This document shows, piece by piece, positions 10,035 to 19,925 of a stretch of 64,000 bases of DNA; within the stretch, counting starts at the first letter, position 1; every line of letters starts with the position of its first letter. A program made the translations under genes and the position numbers. Under the pieces are notes generated by a model that saw only the letters and a list, made by a program, of their open reading frames with translations, did not search any database and was not told the origin of the DNA. The stretch is taken from assembly GCA_963770565.1 (NCBI GenBank), contig CAVYQE010000001.1:544001-608000 (forward strand), read 5' to 3'. This DNA is from an uncultured Actinomycetota bacterium. Its GTDB lineage: Bacteria; Actinomycetota; Actinomycetes; JAFAQI01.

Positions 10035-11198
10035 GTGAGCACGTTCGACGCCCTCGTCGGACAGGAGCAAGTCGTCGACGAGCTCAGGAACGCGGTCGAG
10101 GCGGCGCAGGCGGTTGTGCGCGGCAACTCCGACGTACGGATGGCCCACGCGTGGTTGTTCACCGGGCCGCCCGGATCCGGCCGGTCGGTGGCGGCCTGCG
10201 CGTTCGCCGCGGCGTTGCAGTGTGGTGACGGCGGCTGCGGCACCTGCCATGAATGCCGTACGGCTATGGCGGGCACCCATGCCGATGTCGAGATCGTGTT
10301 GCCGGCCGGCTTGTCCTACAGCGTGGCCGAGACCCGCGAGCTGGTGGCTCGAGCCGCGCTCGCGCCGACCCGCGGGCGCTGGCAGGTGACGATCGTCGAG
10401 GACGCCGACCGCTTCACCGAGCAGGCGCTGAATGCGCTGCTGAAGTCGCTCGAGGAGCCTCCGCCGCGCGGGGTGTGGCTGCTGTGCGCCCCGTCCACCG
10501 AGGATCTGCTGCCGACGATTCGATCTCGCTGCCGGGTCGTGACCCTGCGGATCCCGTCGAGCAGCGCGGTGGCCGGATACCTCGAACGCGAGGGGGTCGA
10601 GCCGGACGTGGCCAAGTTCGCGGCGCGTGCCTCGCAGGGTCACATCGGCCGGGCCCGCCGGCTAGCGGTCGACGCAGAGGCGGCTCGCCGCCGCCGGGAG
10701 GTGCTCGAGTTGCCGATGCAGGTCGAGCGGGTCGGCAGCTGCTTTGCCGCGGCCGAGCGGCTGGTCAACGCGGCGAAGGAAGAGGCCGCCGCGGTCAGCG
10801 ACGCACTCGACGGCGATGAGAAGGCTGCGCTTCGCGAGGCCCTCGGCGACATCGGTGGCCGCGGCGTCGCCAAGCCTCGCGGCGTCGCCGGCGCGATCTC
10901 GGAGCTTGAACGCCGGCAGCGCTCGCGAGCCACCCGCACGCAGCGGGATGCGCTCGACCGGGCGCTGGTCGATCTGGCCTCGTTCTATCGCGACGTGCTC
11001 GTGCTCCAGCTCGGCGCACCGGTCGAGACGATCAACGCCGACCTAGACCCCACCCTGGCGAAGCTGGCCGGGGCGGCATCGCCCGAGGCGACCTTGCGCC
11101 GGATCGAGGCGGTTCTTGCCGCGCGAGAGGCGATCGAAACCAACGTGGCGCCGCTGCTTGCGGTCGAGGCGATGGCGATCTCGCTGCACACCGGCTGA
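10035..11198 (+). CDS. holB: DNA polymerase III subunit delta'
   Basis: HAWLFTGPPGSGR, Zn-binding CGDGGCGTCHEC, NALLKSLEEPP and TIRSRC. Confidence 0.95.
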   Translation: MSTFDALVGQEQVVDELRNAVEAAQAVVRGNSDVRMAHAWLFTGPPGSGRSVAACAFAAALQCGDGGCGTCHECRTAMAGTHADVEIVLPAGLSYSVAETRELVARAALAPTRGRWQVTIVEDADRFTEQALNALLKSLEEPPPRGVWLLCAPSTEDLLPTIRSRCRVVTLRIPSSSAVAGYLEREGVEPDVAKFAARASQGHIGRARRLAVDAEAARRRREVLELPMQVERVGSCFAAAERLVNAAKEEAAAVSDALDGDEKAALREALGDIGGRGVAKPRGVAGAISELERRQRSRATRTQRDALDRALVDLASFYRDVLVLQLGAPVETINADLDPTLAKLAGAASPEATLRRIEAVLAAREAIETNVAPLLAVEAMAISLHTG

Positions 11199-11221
11199 CC
11201 GACTCGCCCGCCGGTCAGCGA

Positions 11222-12838
11222 TTGCCCGGCGCCGTACGCTTCGATGGTGGCGTTCGTGATGGCGGATCATGTGGCCCGCGACAGTGTCGTCGGACGACTG
11301 CCGGCGTCCGATCCTGGAGCGTCGTCATCCGGCGCTTGATCCTCGGCCTGTCTCTCGTCGCCGTCGCGATGGCCGGCTGCACGACGTCGGGCTCGTCGCC
11401 GTCCAAGCAGGCGAGGACGTCGAGCCCGCCCCCAGCGGCGGTCACCGCATCGCCGCCCGACCTGCGGCGCTTCTACACCCAGCAACTGGTCTGGCAGCCG
11501 TGCGACAACAGCTTCCAGTGCGCGAGCCTGCTTGTGCCGCTCGATTACAGCCACCCGAGCGGCGCGACGCTGCACATCGCGGTCGTCCGGCAGCCGTCGT
11601 CGGGCAGTCACGAGGGCTCGCTGATCATCAACCCGGGTGGGCCGGGCGCATCCGGGATCAGCTTCGAGGAGGAGGCCGCGTCGGCGTTCTCCCAGCTCAC
11701 CGACCACTACGACCTGGTGTCGTTCGATCCGCGCGGGGTCGGGCAATCCAACCCGATCCGTTGTCTGTCGTCGGCGCAGCTCGATGCCTACGTCAACACC
11801 GACCCGGTGCCGGCCAACGCGGGACAGCTCGCTGCGGTGGTCAACGAAGCGAAGCTCTTTGCCAACGACTGCTACAAGCGCAACGGCAGCTATCTCGAAC
11901 ATGTCGGCACGATCGACCAGGCGCGAGACATGGACGTGCTGCGGGCCGCGCTCGGTGACGCCAAGCTCACTTACTACGGCGCTTCCTACGGGACCTATCT
12001 GGGCGCGAAGTATGCCCAGCTGTTCCCCACTCACATCCGGGCCATGGTGCTCGACGGCGCGCTGAATCCGGAAGAGCCGGTGACGCAGGAAAACCTCATT
12101 CAGGCCAAGGGTTTTCAGACCGACCTCGAGGACTTCCTCGCGGCCTGTGTCCGTTCCGGCTCATGTCCGCTCGGGTCCACCGACGCCGGTGCGCTCGCCG
12201 ATGTCGATGCGTTGCAGGCGCGGCTCACCACGACGCCGGAGAACGTCAACGGACGTGAGCTCGGTGCGGGGGAGTTCTTCGAAGGGCTCGCGGCCGGGTT
12301 GTATTCGCCGAGCGACTGGCCCGAGTTGTGGAAGACCCTCGGCAACGCGCAGGCCGGTGACGGCACCGACCTGTTGTTGTTTGCCGACTCGCTGACCGAG
12401 CGACAGTCCGACGGCAGCTACACCAACCTGATCGAGTCCAACATGGCGATCAACTGCATCGACCGGCCGTCGCCCCGGTCGGTGTCGACGTACGTCGCCG
12501 ACGCAAAGGCCTTTGCCAAGCAGGCGCCGGACTTCGGTGCCGCGATCGAGTATGGCTCGCTGCCCTGCGCGTTCTGGCACGTGCCACCGGTCGAGCAGCT
12601 GCATCCGGTCACCGCGCCGGGCGCGCCGCCGATTCTCGTCATCGGCACGACTCGCGACCCGGCCACGCCGTACGTCTGGGCCCAGGCGCTGGCCAAGCAG
12701 CTGTCGTCGGGCGTGCTCCTGACGTACGTCGGCGACGGCCACACCGCCTACCTCCGGCACGATGCCTGCGTCGACGCGGTCGTGCAGAGCTATGTCGACG
12801 ACCTCGTGACGCCGAAGCCGGGGAAGACCTGCGGATAA
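11222..12838 (+). CDS. Alpha/beta-hydrolase, TAP-like secreted (lipo)peptidase; true start probably later (~11336)
   Basis: Lipobox-like VAMAGC, INPGGPG, FDPRGVG, nucleophile GASYG, RDPATPY and GHTAY. Confidence 0.85.
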   Translation: MPGAVRFDGGVRDGGSCGPRQCRRTTAGVRSWSVVIRRLILGLSLVAVAMAGCTTSGSSPSKQARTSSPPPAAVTASPPDLRRFYTQQLVWQPCDNSFQCASLLVPLDYSHPSGATLHIAVVRQPSSGSHEGSLIINPGGPGASGISFEEEAASAFSQLTDHYDLVSFDPRGVGQSNPIRCLSSAQLDAYVNTDPVPANAGQLAAVVNEAKLFANDCYKRNGSYLEHVGTIDQARDMDVLRAALGDAKLTYYGASYGTYLGAKYAQLFPTHIRAMVLDGALNPEEPVTQENLIQAKGFQTDLEDFLAACVRSGSCPLGSTDAGALADVDALQARLTTTPENVNGRELGAGEFFEGLAAGLYSPSDWPELWKTLGNAQAGDGTDLLLFADSLTERQSDGSYTNLIESNMAINCIDRPSPRSVSTYVADAKAFAKQAPDFGAAIEYGSLPCAFWHVPPVEQLHPVTAPGAPPILVIGTTRDPATPYVWAQALAKQLSSGVLLTYVGDGHTAYLRHDACVDAVVQSYVDDLVTPKPGKTCG

Positions 12839-12902
12839 CGCCGTGATCCAGCCGACCCGGCACGGCTAGACTTCCTCGCGTTGCGCCGCTCGCCCGGCGT
12901 AC

Positions 12903-12975
12903 GCCGCCTTAGCTCAGTCGGTAGAGCGATTCACTCGTAATGAATAGGTCGTCGGTTCGATTCCGACAGGCGGCT
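12903..12975 (+). tRNA. tRNA-Thr(CGT); CCA not encoded
   Basis: GCCGCCT/AGGCGGC acceptor stem, TAGCTCAGTCGGTAGAGC D-arm, ATTCA-CTCGTAA-TGAAT anticodon arm, GGTTCGATTCC T-arm. Confidence 0.97.
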
Positions 12976-13024
12976 CCGTGTGCCCGACCGGGTCGTGGCA
13001 AGGTCGGGGGTAGAGGAGGACCAC

Positions 13025-13474
13025 GTGACAGAGCAGCACTACAAGAAGCCCGATTGGTTCACCACGCACGTCTTCAACCCGACCGTCGCGGGCCTCACCC
13101 GGATGGGCGTGAGCGTCTGGGGCTCGCGGGTCCTGGAGGTCCGGGGCCGCACCAGCGGCGAGCCGCGCCGGACACCGGTCAACCTGCTGACCTTCGAAGG
13201 TGCGCAGTACCTCGTCGCGCCTCGGGGTGAAACCCAATGGGTGCGCAACCTGCGGGTCGCCGGCGACGGCGTACTCCTGGTCGGCCGGCGCCGGCAGGCG
13301 TTCACTGCGGAGGAGCTGCCCGACGGCGAGAAGCCCGAAGTGCTGCGGGCGTATCTCAAGCGCTGGAAGGCCGAGGTCGGCGTCTTCTTCGACGGCGTGA
13401 GCGCCACCTCGACCGACGCCGAGCTCGACCGGATCGCTCCCCGCCACCCGGTCTTCCGGATCGCCTCGAAGTAG
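13025..13474 (+). CDS. Deazaflavin (F420)-dependent nitroreductase/oxidoreductase family protein
   Basis: VRGRTSGEPRRTPV, QWVRNLR and HPVFRI motifs; GTG 13025 after GAGGAGG. Confidence 0.8.
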   Translation: MTEQHYKKPDWFTTHVFNPTVAGLTRMGVSVWGSRVLEVRGRTSGEPRRTPVNLLTFEGAQYLVAPRGETQWVRNLRVAGDGVLLVGRRRQAFTAEELPDGEKPEVLRAYLKRWKAEVGVFFDGVSATSTDAELDRIAPRHPVFRIASK

Positions 13475-13482
13475 CGCCGGTA

Positions 13483-15195
13483 GTGAGAGGCAGCTCGCAG
13501 CTCGGACCGCGAGAGCGCGAAGACGCCTGGAAGTCACTCGATGGTGGCAGCGTCGACGTGCTCGTCGTCGGCGCTGGAGTGGTCGGCAGCGGGGCCGCGC
13601 TCGACGCGGCGACCCGCGGCCTGAGCACCGCCCTGGTCGAGGCCCGGGACATCGCGAGCGGCACGTCGTCGCGGTCGAGCAAGCTCTTCCACGGCGGGCT
13701 GCGCTACCTCGAGCAGTTCGACTTCGGCCTGGTGCGCGAGGCACTGCACGAACGCGAGCTGGTCCTGACTCGGCTCGCCCCGCATCTGGTGAAGCCGGTC
13801 TCGTTCCTTTACCCGCTGACCCACTACGGCTGGGAGCGGATCTATGTCGGCGCCGGCCTTGCGTTGTACGACGCGATCGGCGGCGCCCGATCGTTGCCGC
13901 GCCACGAGCATCTGACCCGGCGCGGCGCTCGCGCGTTGGCCCCGGCGCTGCGGAACGACGCCCTCGTCGGCGGCATTCGCTACTACGACGCCGAGTGCGA
14001 CGACGCCCGCTACACCTTGACGCTCGCCCGCACGGCCGCGTCGTACGGCGCGGTGGTCCGATCCTCGACCGAGGTCGTGGGGTTCGTTCGAGAGGGTGGC
14101 CGGATCACCGGCGCGGAGCTGCGCGACACCGAGACCGGGGCGACCTGCATGGTGCGCACCGGCGTGGTGATCAACGCGACTGGCGTGTGGACCGACGACG
14201 TGCAACGGCTCGCCGACTCGCGCGGAGAGTTCAAGGTGCGGGCGTCGAAGGGCATCCACATCGTGGTGCCCAGGGACCGGATCTCCTCGACGACCGGGCT
14301 GATCCTGCGGACCGACGTGTCGGTGTTGTTCGTGATCCCGTGGGGTGACTACTGGATCATCGGAACGACCGACGACGACTGGAACCACGACAAGGCGCAT
14401 CCGGCCGCGAGTCGCGTCGACATCGACTACCTGCTCCACCACGTCAACCGGGTGCTTGCGGTTCCGCTGACGCGCGACGACATCTCCGGCGTGTACGCGG
14501 GGTTGCGGCCGCTGCTGTCCGGCGAGCACGAGGAGACCTCGCAGCTCTCGCGCGAGCACGCGATCAGCCGATCACCGCGCGGCATGGTGTCGGTGGCGGG
14601 CGGGAAGTACACGACGTACCGGGTGATGGCGAAGGACGCGGTCGACGCCGCGGTCGACGATCTCGGCCGGCACACGCCGTCGTGCGTCACCGAACACGTC
14701 CGCCTACTCGGCGCCGACGGCTACCACGCCCTGGCCAACCAGGTGGAGTCGCTGGCCGCCGGTCTCGACCTGCCGCGATGGCGGATGGATCACCTGCTCA
14801 ATCGTTACGGCGCCATGGTGTACGACGTGCTGGCGCCGGCCCGCGACGATCCGGCGTTGCTCGAGCCGGTGCGCGGCGCCGGTCTCTACCTGATGGCCGA
14901 GGTCCGCTACGCGGCGACCCACGAGGGCGCGCTGCATCTCGATGACGTGCTCGCCCGCCGGACCCGGATCTCGATCGAGACGACGCATCGCGGGGTCGAG
15001 TCCGCGCGCGGGGTGGCCGCGCTGCTGGCGTCGGTGCTCGGGTGGGACGACGCGACCAGAGAGCGCGAGGTGGCGACGTACTTCGGCCGGGTCGAGGCAG
15101 AACGGTTGTCGCAGGAGCAGACCGACGACGCGAACGCCGACGCCTGGCGGCTGCTCGCACCCGACACCCGCCAAACCATCACCGACTCCCGCTGA
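13483..15195 (+). CDS. glpD: FAD-dependent glycerol-3-phosphate dehydrogenase/oxidase
   Basis: DVLVVGAGVVG, GTSSRSSKLFHGGLRYL and GGKYTTYRVMA; start moved to GTG 13483 after the upstream gene's stop. Confidence 0.92.
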   Translation: MRGSSQLGPREREDAWKSLDGGSVDVLVVGAGVVGSGAALDAATRGLSTALVEARDIASGTSSRSSKLFHGGLRYLEQFDFGLVREALHERELVLTRLAPHLVKPVSFLYPLTHYGWERIYVGAGLALYDAIGGARSLPRHEHLTRRGARALAPALRNDALVGGIRYYDAECDDARYTLTLARTAASYGAVVRSSTEVVGFVREGGRITGAELRDTETGATCMVRTGVVINATGVWTDDVQRLADSRGEFKVRASKGIHIVVPRDRISSTTGLILRTDVSVLFVIPWGDYWIIGTTDDDWNHDKAHPAASRVDIDYLLHHVNRVLAVPLTRDDISGVYAGLRPLLSGEHEETSQLSREHAISRSPRGMVSVAGGKYTTYRVMAKDAVDAAVDDLGRHTPSCVTEHVRLLGADGYHALANQVESLAAGLDLPRWRMDHLLNRYGAMVYDVLAPARDDPALLEPVRGAGLYLMAEVRYAATHEGALHLDDVLARRTRISIETTHRGVESARGVAALLASVLGWDDATREREVATYFGRVEAERLSQEQTDDANADAWRLLAPDTRQTITDSR

Positions 15196-15198
15196 GCA

Positions 15199-15280
15199 CC
15201 ACGCATGGCCCACGCGTGGGGCTATAGCCCCACCGATGGGCCATGCGTGGGGCTATAGCCCCACCAATGGGCCATGCGTG
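15199..15280. repeat. 31-bp tandem unit containing a perfect 18-bp palindrome, nested in inverted repeats (REP-like / bidirectional terminator)
   Basis: GTGGGGCTATAGCCCCAC at 15216-15233 and 15247-15264; CCACGCATGGCCCA (15199) is inverted to TGGGCCATGCGTG(G) at 15237 and 15268. Confidence 0.85.
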
Positions 15281-15283
15281 TGG

Positions 15284-15691
15284 CTAGGTGCGGCGGTTGC
15301 GGACGGCGCGTACGCCGCGCCAGACTCCGTAGCCGACCCCGGTCGACGCGGCCGCGCCGACGGTCAGGAACGCGATCGACAGCCCCGGCCGGGCACCACT
15401 GATCGCGCCCCGAGCAGGTACGGCGGCCCGCGACCGCACACTGCGCTGGTCGGCGCGGGCGAGCAGGTCCTCGAGCAACCCGGGCGGCGGCTCGGGCGGC
15501 TGGGTGCGCAGCGAAGCGAGCGCCTCGGCAAGCTGCTCCTGTCGTGCGAGCTCCGCGGAGCAGTCCGCGCAACGGCGAAGGTGCGCACGGGTCACGTGCA
15601 GCGACCAGCCGGACAGCTCGCCGGCGGTCAGCGCCGGGAACTGGGAGCGGGCCTCGCGGCAGAACCGCGGCGGTTCGCGGTCGGCGGTCAT
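15284..15691 (-). CDS. Zinc-binding anti-sigma factor (ZAS, zf-HC2) with one C-terminal TM helix
   Basis: HLRRCADC (HxxxCxxC); ATG 15691 overlaps the sigma gene stop; hydrophobic C-terminal segment. Confidence 0.8.
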   Translation of the reverse strand: MTADREPPRFCREARSQFPALTAGELSGWSLHVTRAHLRRCADCSAELARQEQLAEALASLRTQPPEPPPGLLEDLLARADQRSVRSRAAVPARGAISGARPGLSIAFLTVGAAASTGVGYGVWRGVRAVRNRRT

Positions 15692-16278
15692 GCCGGCTCG
15701 CCAAATGAGTCGCCGGTGCCGACGACGAGGGCCCGCAACCGGGTGTGAGCGCGGTGCAGTCGCACCTTCACGACCGTCTCGGTGACCCCGAGCAACTCCG
15801 CCACCTCTTTCGTCGACAACCCCTCGATGTCTCGCAACACCACCACCGCCCTGGCGTCTTCCGGCAGGGTGGCGAGCGCGGCTTCCGACCGCGCGGCGAG
15901 GTCGGCGGTGGCCGCGAGGTCGTCCGGTTGCGGACCCCGGGCGGCAAGCGCGGACTCGTCCGCGGGCAGGCCGAACGGCGAGTGCCCGGCGACAAGGCCG
16001 GCTTCCCGGGCCCGCGCGCGCTTGCGCAGCATGGTGAGGCAGACGTTGACCGTGACCCGATGCAGCCAGGTGCCGAAGGTCGAGTCGCCCCGGAATCCGA
16101 GCACCGATCTCATCACCCGCACGAACACCTCCTGCGTCGCGTCGGCCGCCTCCTCCGGATCGACGAGCATCCGGCGGGCCAGGGCGTAGACATCGGCGTA
16201 CGTCGCTCGGATCAGCGCGTCGAGGGCCCCCGCCTCGCCGCGCTGGCAAGCCCGCACAAGTGCCGGGTCCACCTCCAC
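15688..16278 (-). CDS. ECF RNA polymerase sigma factor
   Basis: Region 2 AADATQEVF...FGTWLHRVTVN and region 4 LRDIEGLSTKEVAELLGVTETVVKVRLHRA; start placed at GTG 16278. Confidence 0.9.
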   Translation of the reverse strand: MEVDPALVRACQRGEAGALDALIRATYADVYALARRMLVDPEEAADATQEVFVRVMRSVLGFRGDSTFGTWLHRVTVNVCLTMLRKRARAREAGLVAGHSPFGLPADESALAARGPQPDDLAATADLAARSEAALATLPEDARAVVVLRDIEGLSTKEVAELLGVTETVVKVRLHRAHTRLRALVVGTGDSFGEPA

Positions 16279-16285
16279 TGTTGGG

Positions 16286-16366
16286 TTCGACTCCTTCGCG
16301 TTCGGATCCGTTACCGGGACATCGGCCGAAATTGGTCGGTAACCAAGGCTGCGCCGCGAAGTCAAA
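16286..16366. promoter_or_regulatory. Two divergent ECF-type promoter motifs CGGTAAC-N16/17-AGTC(A/G)AA
   Basis: Plus strand: GGTAAC 16338-16343 and AGTCAAA 16360-16366. Minus strand: GGTAAC 16315-16310 and AGTCGAA 16292-16286. Confidence 0.55.
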
Positions 16367-16411
16367 ACAGGTGAAGCGGCGCGCCGTGCGTCGCGGAGGA
16401 GGAGTAGTCCG

Positions 16412-16720
16412 ATGTACGCATTCGTCGTGTTCGTGGGTCTTGCGCTCGCGCTCGCCGTAGTGGGCGAGGTGCTCGGCGAGGTGCTTCCTGTCAAGGCCCC
16501 GAAAGCGCTCACGACCACGTTGTCGGTCGGGATCGCGATCCTCATCGCCTGGGCTCTGGACTGGTCGGTCTTCCGCGCGTTCGGGCAGCCGCTGCGTGAG
16601 GCGTGGATGAACCCGGTTGCCACCGGCGTCGTGTTGGTCGGCATGGGTGCCGCCATCCGGGCGCTCGTGGGCAACCTCGGCCTGAGCATCTCGATCGGCT
16701 CCAGGTCGAAGACCGCGTAA
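16412..16720 (+). CDS. Small integral membrane protein (3 predicted TM), function unknown
   Basis: Strong GGAGGAGGAG RBS; 102 aa hydrophobic ORF with host-like codon usage. Confidence 0.75.
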   Translation: MYAFVVFVGLALALAVVGEVLGEVLPVKAPKALTTTLSVGIAILIAWALDWSVFRAFGQPLREAWMNPVATGVVLVGMGAAIRALVGNLGLSISIGSRSKTA

Positions 16721-16753
16721 CGCTCCGGACGCCTCGGCGTCACTCGAGCAGCC

Positions 16754-16791
16754 CCGCCCGCCGTACTGCGATTCCCCGGTACGGCGGGCGG
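16754..16791. terminator. GC-rich hairpin between convergent genes
   Basis: 13-bp stem CCGCCCGCCGTAC / GTACGGCGGGCGG. Confidence 0.6.
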
Positions 16792-16816
16792 ACCGCGTTC
16801 TGCGTGGGCGCTGCCC

Positions 16817-17305
16817 TCAGTGGCCGGCGTCGGCCAGTCGCTGCCGGGACGCAGCAATCTCGGCTTCGGCGTCGTCCCGCCCGGCCCAGTGCGCGCCCTC
16901 GACGCTCTTGCCGGGTTCGAGGTCCTTGTAGACCTCGAAGAAGTGCTGGATCTCCAGCCGGTCGAACTCCGGCATGTCATTGACGTCGCGAAGGTGCTGC
17001 TGGCGCGGGTCGTTGGCCGGCACGCACATGACCTTGTCGTCGCGACCCTTCTCGTCGGTCATCCGGAACATCCCGATCGCCCGGCACTTGATCAGGCAGC
17101 CCGGGAAGGTCGGCTCGGGAAGCAGCACCATCGCGTCGAGCGGATCGCCGTCCTGACCGAGGGTGTCCTCGATGAACCCGTAGTCGGCGGGGTACTGGGT
17201 CGAGGTGAACAGCGTGCGGTCCAGCCGGATCCGGCCGGTCTCGTGGTCCATCTCGTACTTGTTGCGGTGACCCTTCGGAATCTCGATCGTGACGTCGAAC
17301 TCCAC
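16817..17305 (-). CDS. ppa: Soluble inorganic pyrophosphatase (family I)
   Basis: IEIPKG, YPADYGF, DGDPLD and FFEVYKDLE. Confidence 0.97.
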   Translation of the reverse strand: MEFDVTIEIPKGHRNKYEMDHETGRIRLDRTLFTSTQYPADYGFIEDTLGQDGDPLDAMVLLPEPTFPGCLIKCRAIGMFRMTDEKGRDDKVMCVPANDPRQQHLRDVNDMPEFDRLEIQHFFEVYKDLEPGKSVEGAHWAGRDDAEAEIAASRQRLADAGH

Positions 17306-17340
17306 GCGGGCTCCTATCGGCTCGTCAGGTTCACCACGTA

Positions 17341-18761
17341 GTGTCCCGCGAGGTGCGGACCTCTCGGCTGGTGACCCTCGCGGCGGCTGTTGCCGTGACC
17401 GCGGGCGTTGCCGCCGGGTACGTCGTCACCCGCAACCACTCCTCGTCGCCCGCCGCCGCCGCGCCGACGACGTCCCCCTCGACGTCGCCGCTGCCGGTGC
17501 CGAGCAGCCCGCCGCCGCGCGGTCCAGTCCTCGCCGGCCTTTCCGCCACCGCCCCGGTCCCGACCGCGGCGGGGGTCGCAGCCGACCTGCAGGGGCTGGC
17601 GCAAACCGTGGCTGGGGGCGCCGAACTGGTCGGGGAAGTGGTCGACGCGGACACCGGTGCCCGGTTGTGGGCCCGCGATGCTTCTCAGCCCGCGCCGCCG
17701 GCGTCGACGACGAAGCTGCTGACCGCAGCGGCGGCGCTGAGCGCGCTGGGGCCCGACTACCGGATTGCGACCACGACCAGGCGATCCGGGCATACCGTCT
17801 ACCTGGTCGGCGGCGGCGATCCGACCATCGTGCGCACCCCCGGTTCGTTCTACAGCCCGCGCTATCCGCGACCGGCGTCGCTCGCCGGCCTGGCCCGGCT
17901 GACGATCGCCGCCCTCGGTGGCGTTCACCGGGTCCGGCTGCGCCTGGACACCAGCGCGTGGTCCGGCCCGGCGATGGCGGTCGGCTGGAAGCCGAGCTAT
18001 GTCACCGAAGGCGATGTCACCCCGCCGAGTCCGCTCGAGCTCGACGAGGGTCGGGTCAACCCGCACGACGAGTTCGCGGCGCGGACCGAGACTCCGGCGC
18101 GCAGGCGGGCGCGGCGTTCGCCGCATTGCTGGCCAACGGCGGCGTGCAGGTGGTCGGCCCGGTGACTGCTGGTACGGCGACGCCCGGCTCGGTCCCGTTG
18201 GCCAGCGTCTCCTCGCCTCCGCTCGCCGAGCTGGTTCAGCGGATGCTGACCGAGAGCGACGACGACCTGGCCGAAGCCCTCGGCCGGGCGGTCGCGATCC
18301 ATGACCAGCTCGCCCCGACCTTCCTCGGTGCGGCCACCGCGGTGGAGCGCCAGGTGCGCGCCCTCGGCATCTCGGTGCAGGGGGTCTCACTCCAGGACGC
18401 CAGCGGGTTGTCGCATCGCGACCGGATCACCCCTGGGGCGCTGGTCAACGTCCTGCGGGCGGCGGCCTCACCCACACAGCGGGTCATGCGGCCAATCCTC
18501 GAAGGGCTACCGATCGCGGGGCTGACCGGCACGCTGGCAACCCGTTATCGCGACTTGCCGACCGCCAAGGCGGCCGGAGTGCTGCGGGCCAAGACCGGCA
18601 CGTTGACCGGTGTCAATGCGCTGGCCGGGTTCGTGGTCGACCGCAGCGGGCGGCTGCTGATCTTCGCGTTCCTTGCCTCGCAAGCGGCCGATCCCGGCCT
18701 GACGGTTCCCGAGCTCGACCGGATGGCGGCGCGGCTGGCCCGATGCGGCTGTGCCGGGTGA
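17341..18761 (+). pseudogene. dacB: D-alanyl-D-alanine carboxypeptidase/endopeptidase (PBP4, peptidase S13), frameshifted at ~18100
   Basis: PASTTKLLT (SxxK) and LVGGGDP lie in one frame; ESDDDLAE, DASGLS and AKTGTL lie in another. The frames join at ACT CCG GCG|CG CAG (1 base missing). May be a sequencing error. Confidence 0.85.
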
Positions 18762-18836
18762 CGGCGTACCGCTTGAACGATGAGGCGGCCGCGCAGCGAT
18801 GCAGTGGGGTGAGGATCGGGGCGTAGGTTCTACTCC

Positions 18837-19925
18837 GTGCAACTGGTGGACTGGCGACTGGCGGCCGCGACCGGCACCCGGCTGGTGCCACCCGGGCCCA
18901 CGATCGACCTCGCCGACGCCGTTGCCACGGTCGAAGACCTTCGCCGGATCGCTGATACGGCCGACCAGCACGTAGCGCGGGTGACCGGTCTCGACGCGGC
19001 GAGCAGCTCCGCGGCGACCGTCGTCGTCGACCGGCCGGACTGGATCCGGGCGAACGTCGAGAGCTTCCAGGTCCTCGTCGACCCGATCATCGAAGCGCTG
19101 ATGGCGAGCAAGTCGGCCAATCCGCCGGGCGCGTTTGCGGCCGCGATCGGGTCGCGGGCGGCCGGCATCGAGGTCGGCATCGTGCTGAGCTATCTCGGCA
19201 CCCGGGTGCTCGGCCAGTTCGAGCTGCTCGGGCCGCCCCGCACTGCTGCCGGCGAGCACGCGCCGGGCCGGCTCACCCTGGTCGCGCCCAACATCGTCGC
19301 CGCCGAGCGGGCCCTGCAGGTCGACCCGGCCGACTTCCGGCTGTGGGTGTGCCTGCACGAGGTCACCCACCGCTCCCAGTTCGGCGCGGCGCCCTGGCTG
19401 CACGCGCACGTCCAGGACCTGCTCCGCGAATACCTGCTCGCCTCGGACCTCGACACCAACGTCGTACTCGAGCGGTTGCGCCAGGCGCTGTCCGGCCTTG
19501 CGCAGGTCGCGCGCGGCCAGCGTGAGGCCAGCCTGGTCGAGCTGATCCAGACCCCGGCCCAGAAGGAGATCCTCGACCGGATCACCGGCTTGATGAGCCT
19601 GCTCGAGGGTCACGCGGACGTGGTCATGGACACGGTCGGACCCTCGGTCGTGCCCTCGGTGGCGACCATCCGCGCCCGGTTCGACCGCCGCCGCCGCCAG
19701 GCCAACCCGCTGTCGCGAATCGTCCGGCGCCTGCTCGGCCTCGAGATGAAGCTCAAGCAGTACGCCGAAGGCGCGGTGTTCGTTCGTGCCGTGATCGACG
19801 AGGTGGGGATGCCCGGCTTGAACACGGTCTGGACCGCGCCGGCCCAGCTTCCGACCGCGGCGGAGATCCGCGACCCGAAGCTCTGGCTGAAGCGGGTCGG
19901 CCTTCCGCCGGCGGTGAGTGCGTGA
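18837..19925 (+). CDS. Zincin-like metalloprotease (Rv3626c-type)
   Basis: HEVTH (HExxH), LLEGHAD and KLKQYAEG; conserved position between dacB and tilS. Confidence 0.85.
   Translation: MQLVDWRLAAATGTRLVPPGPTIDLADAVATVEDLRRIADTADQHVARVTGLDAASSSAATVVVDRPDWIRANVESFQVLVDPIIEALMASKSANPPGAFAAAIGSRAAGIEVGIVLSYLGTRVLGQFELLGPPRTAAGEHAPGRLTLVAPNIVAAERALQVDPADFRLWVCLHEVTHRSQFGAAPWLHAHVQDLLREYLLASDLDTNVVLERLRQALSGLAQVARGQREASLVELIQTPAQKEILDRITGLMSLLEGHADVVMDTVGPSVVPSVATIRARFDRRRRQANPLSRIVRRLLGLEMKLKQYAEGAVFVRAVIDEVGMPGLNTVWTAPAQLPTAAEIRDPKLWLKRVGLPPAVSA

Noticed and set aside
12903-16800. Genomic island integrated at tRNA-Thr
   Set aside because: No integrase and no duplicated tRNA 3' end seen; downstream genes have host-like composition.
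18090-18105. Programmed ribosomal frameshift in dacB (also capA at ~60972)
   Set aside because: No slippery heptamer or homopolymer run; sequencing indel or mutation is more parsimonious.
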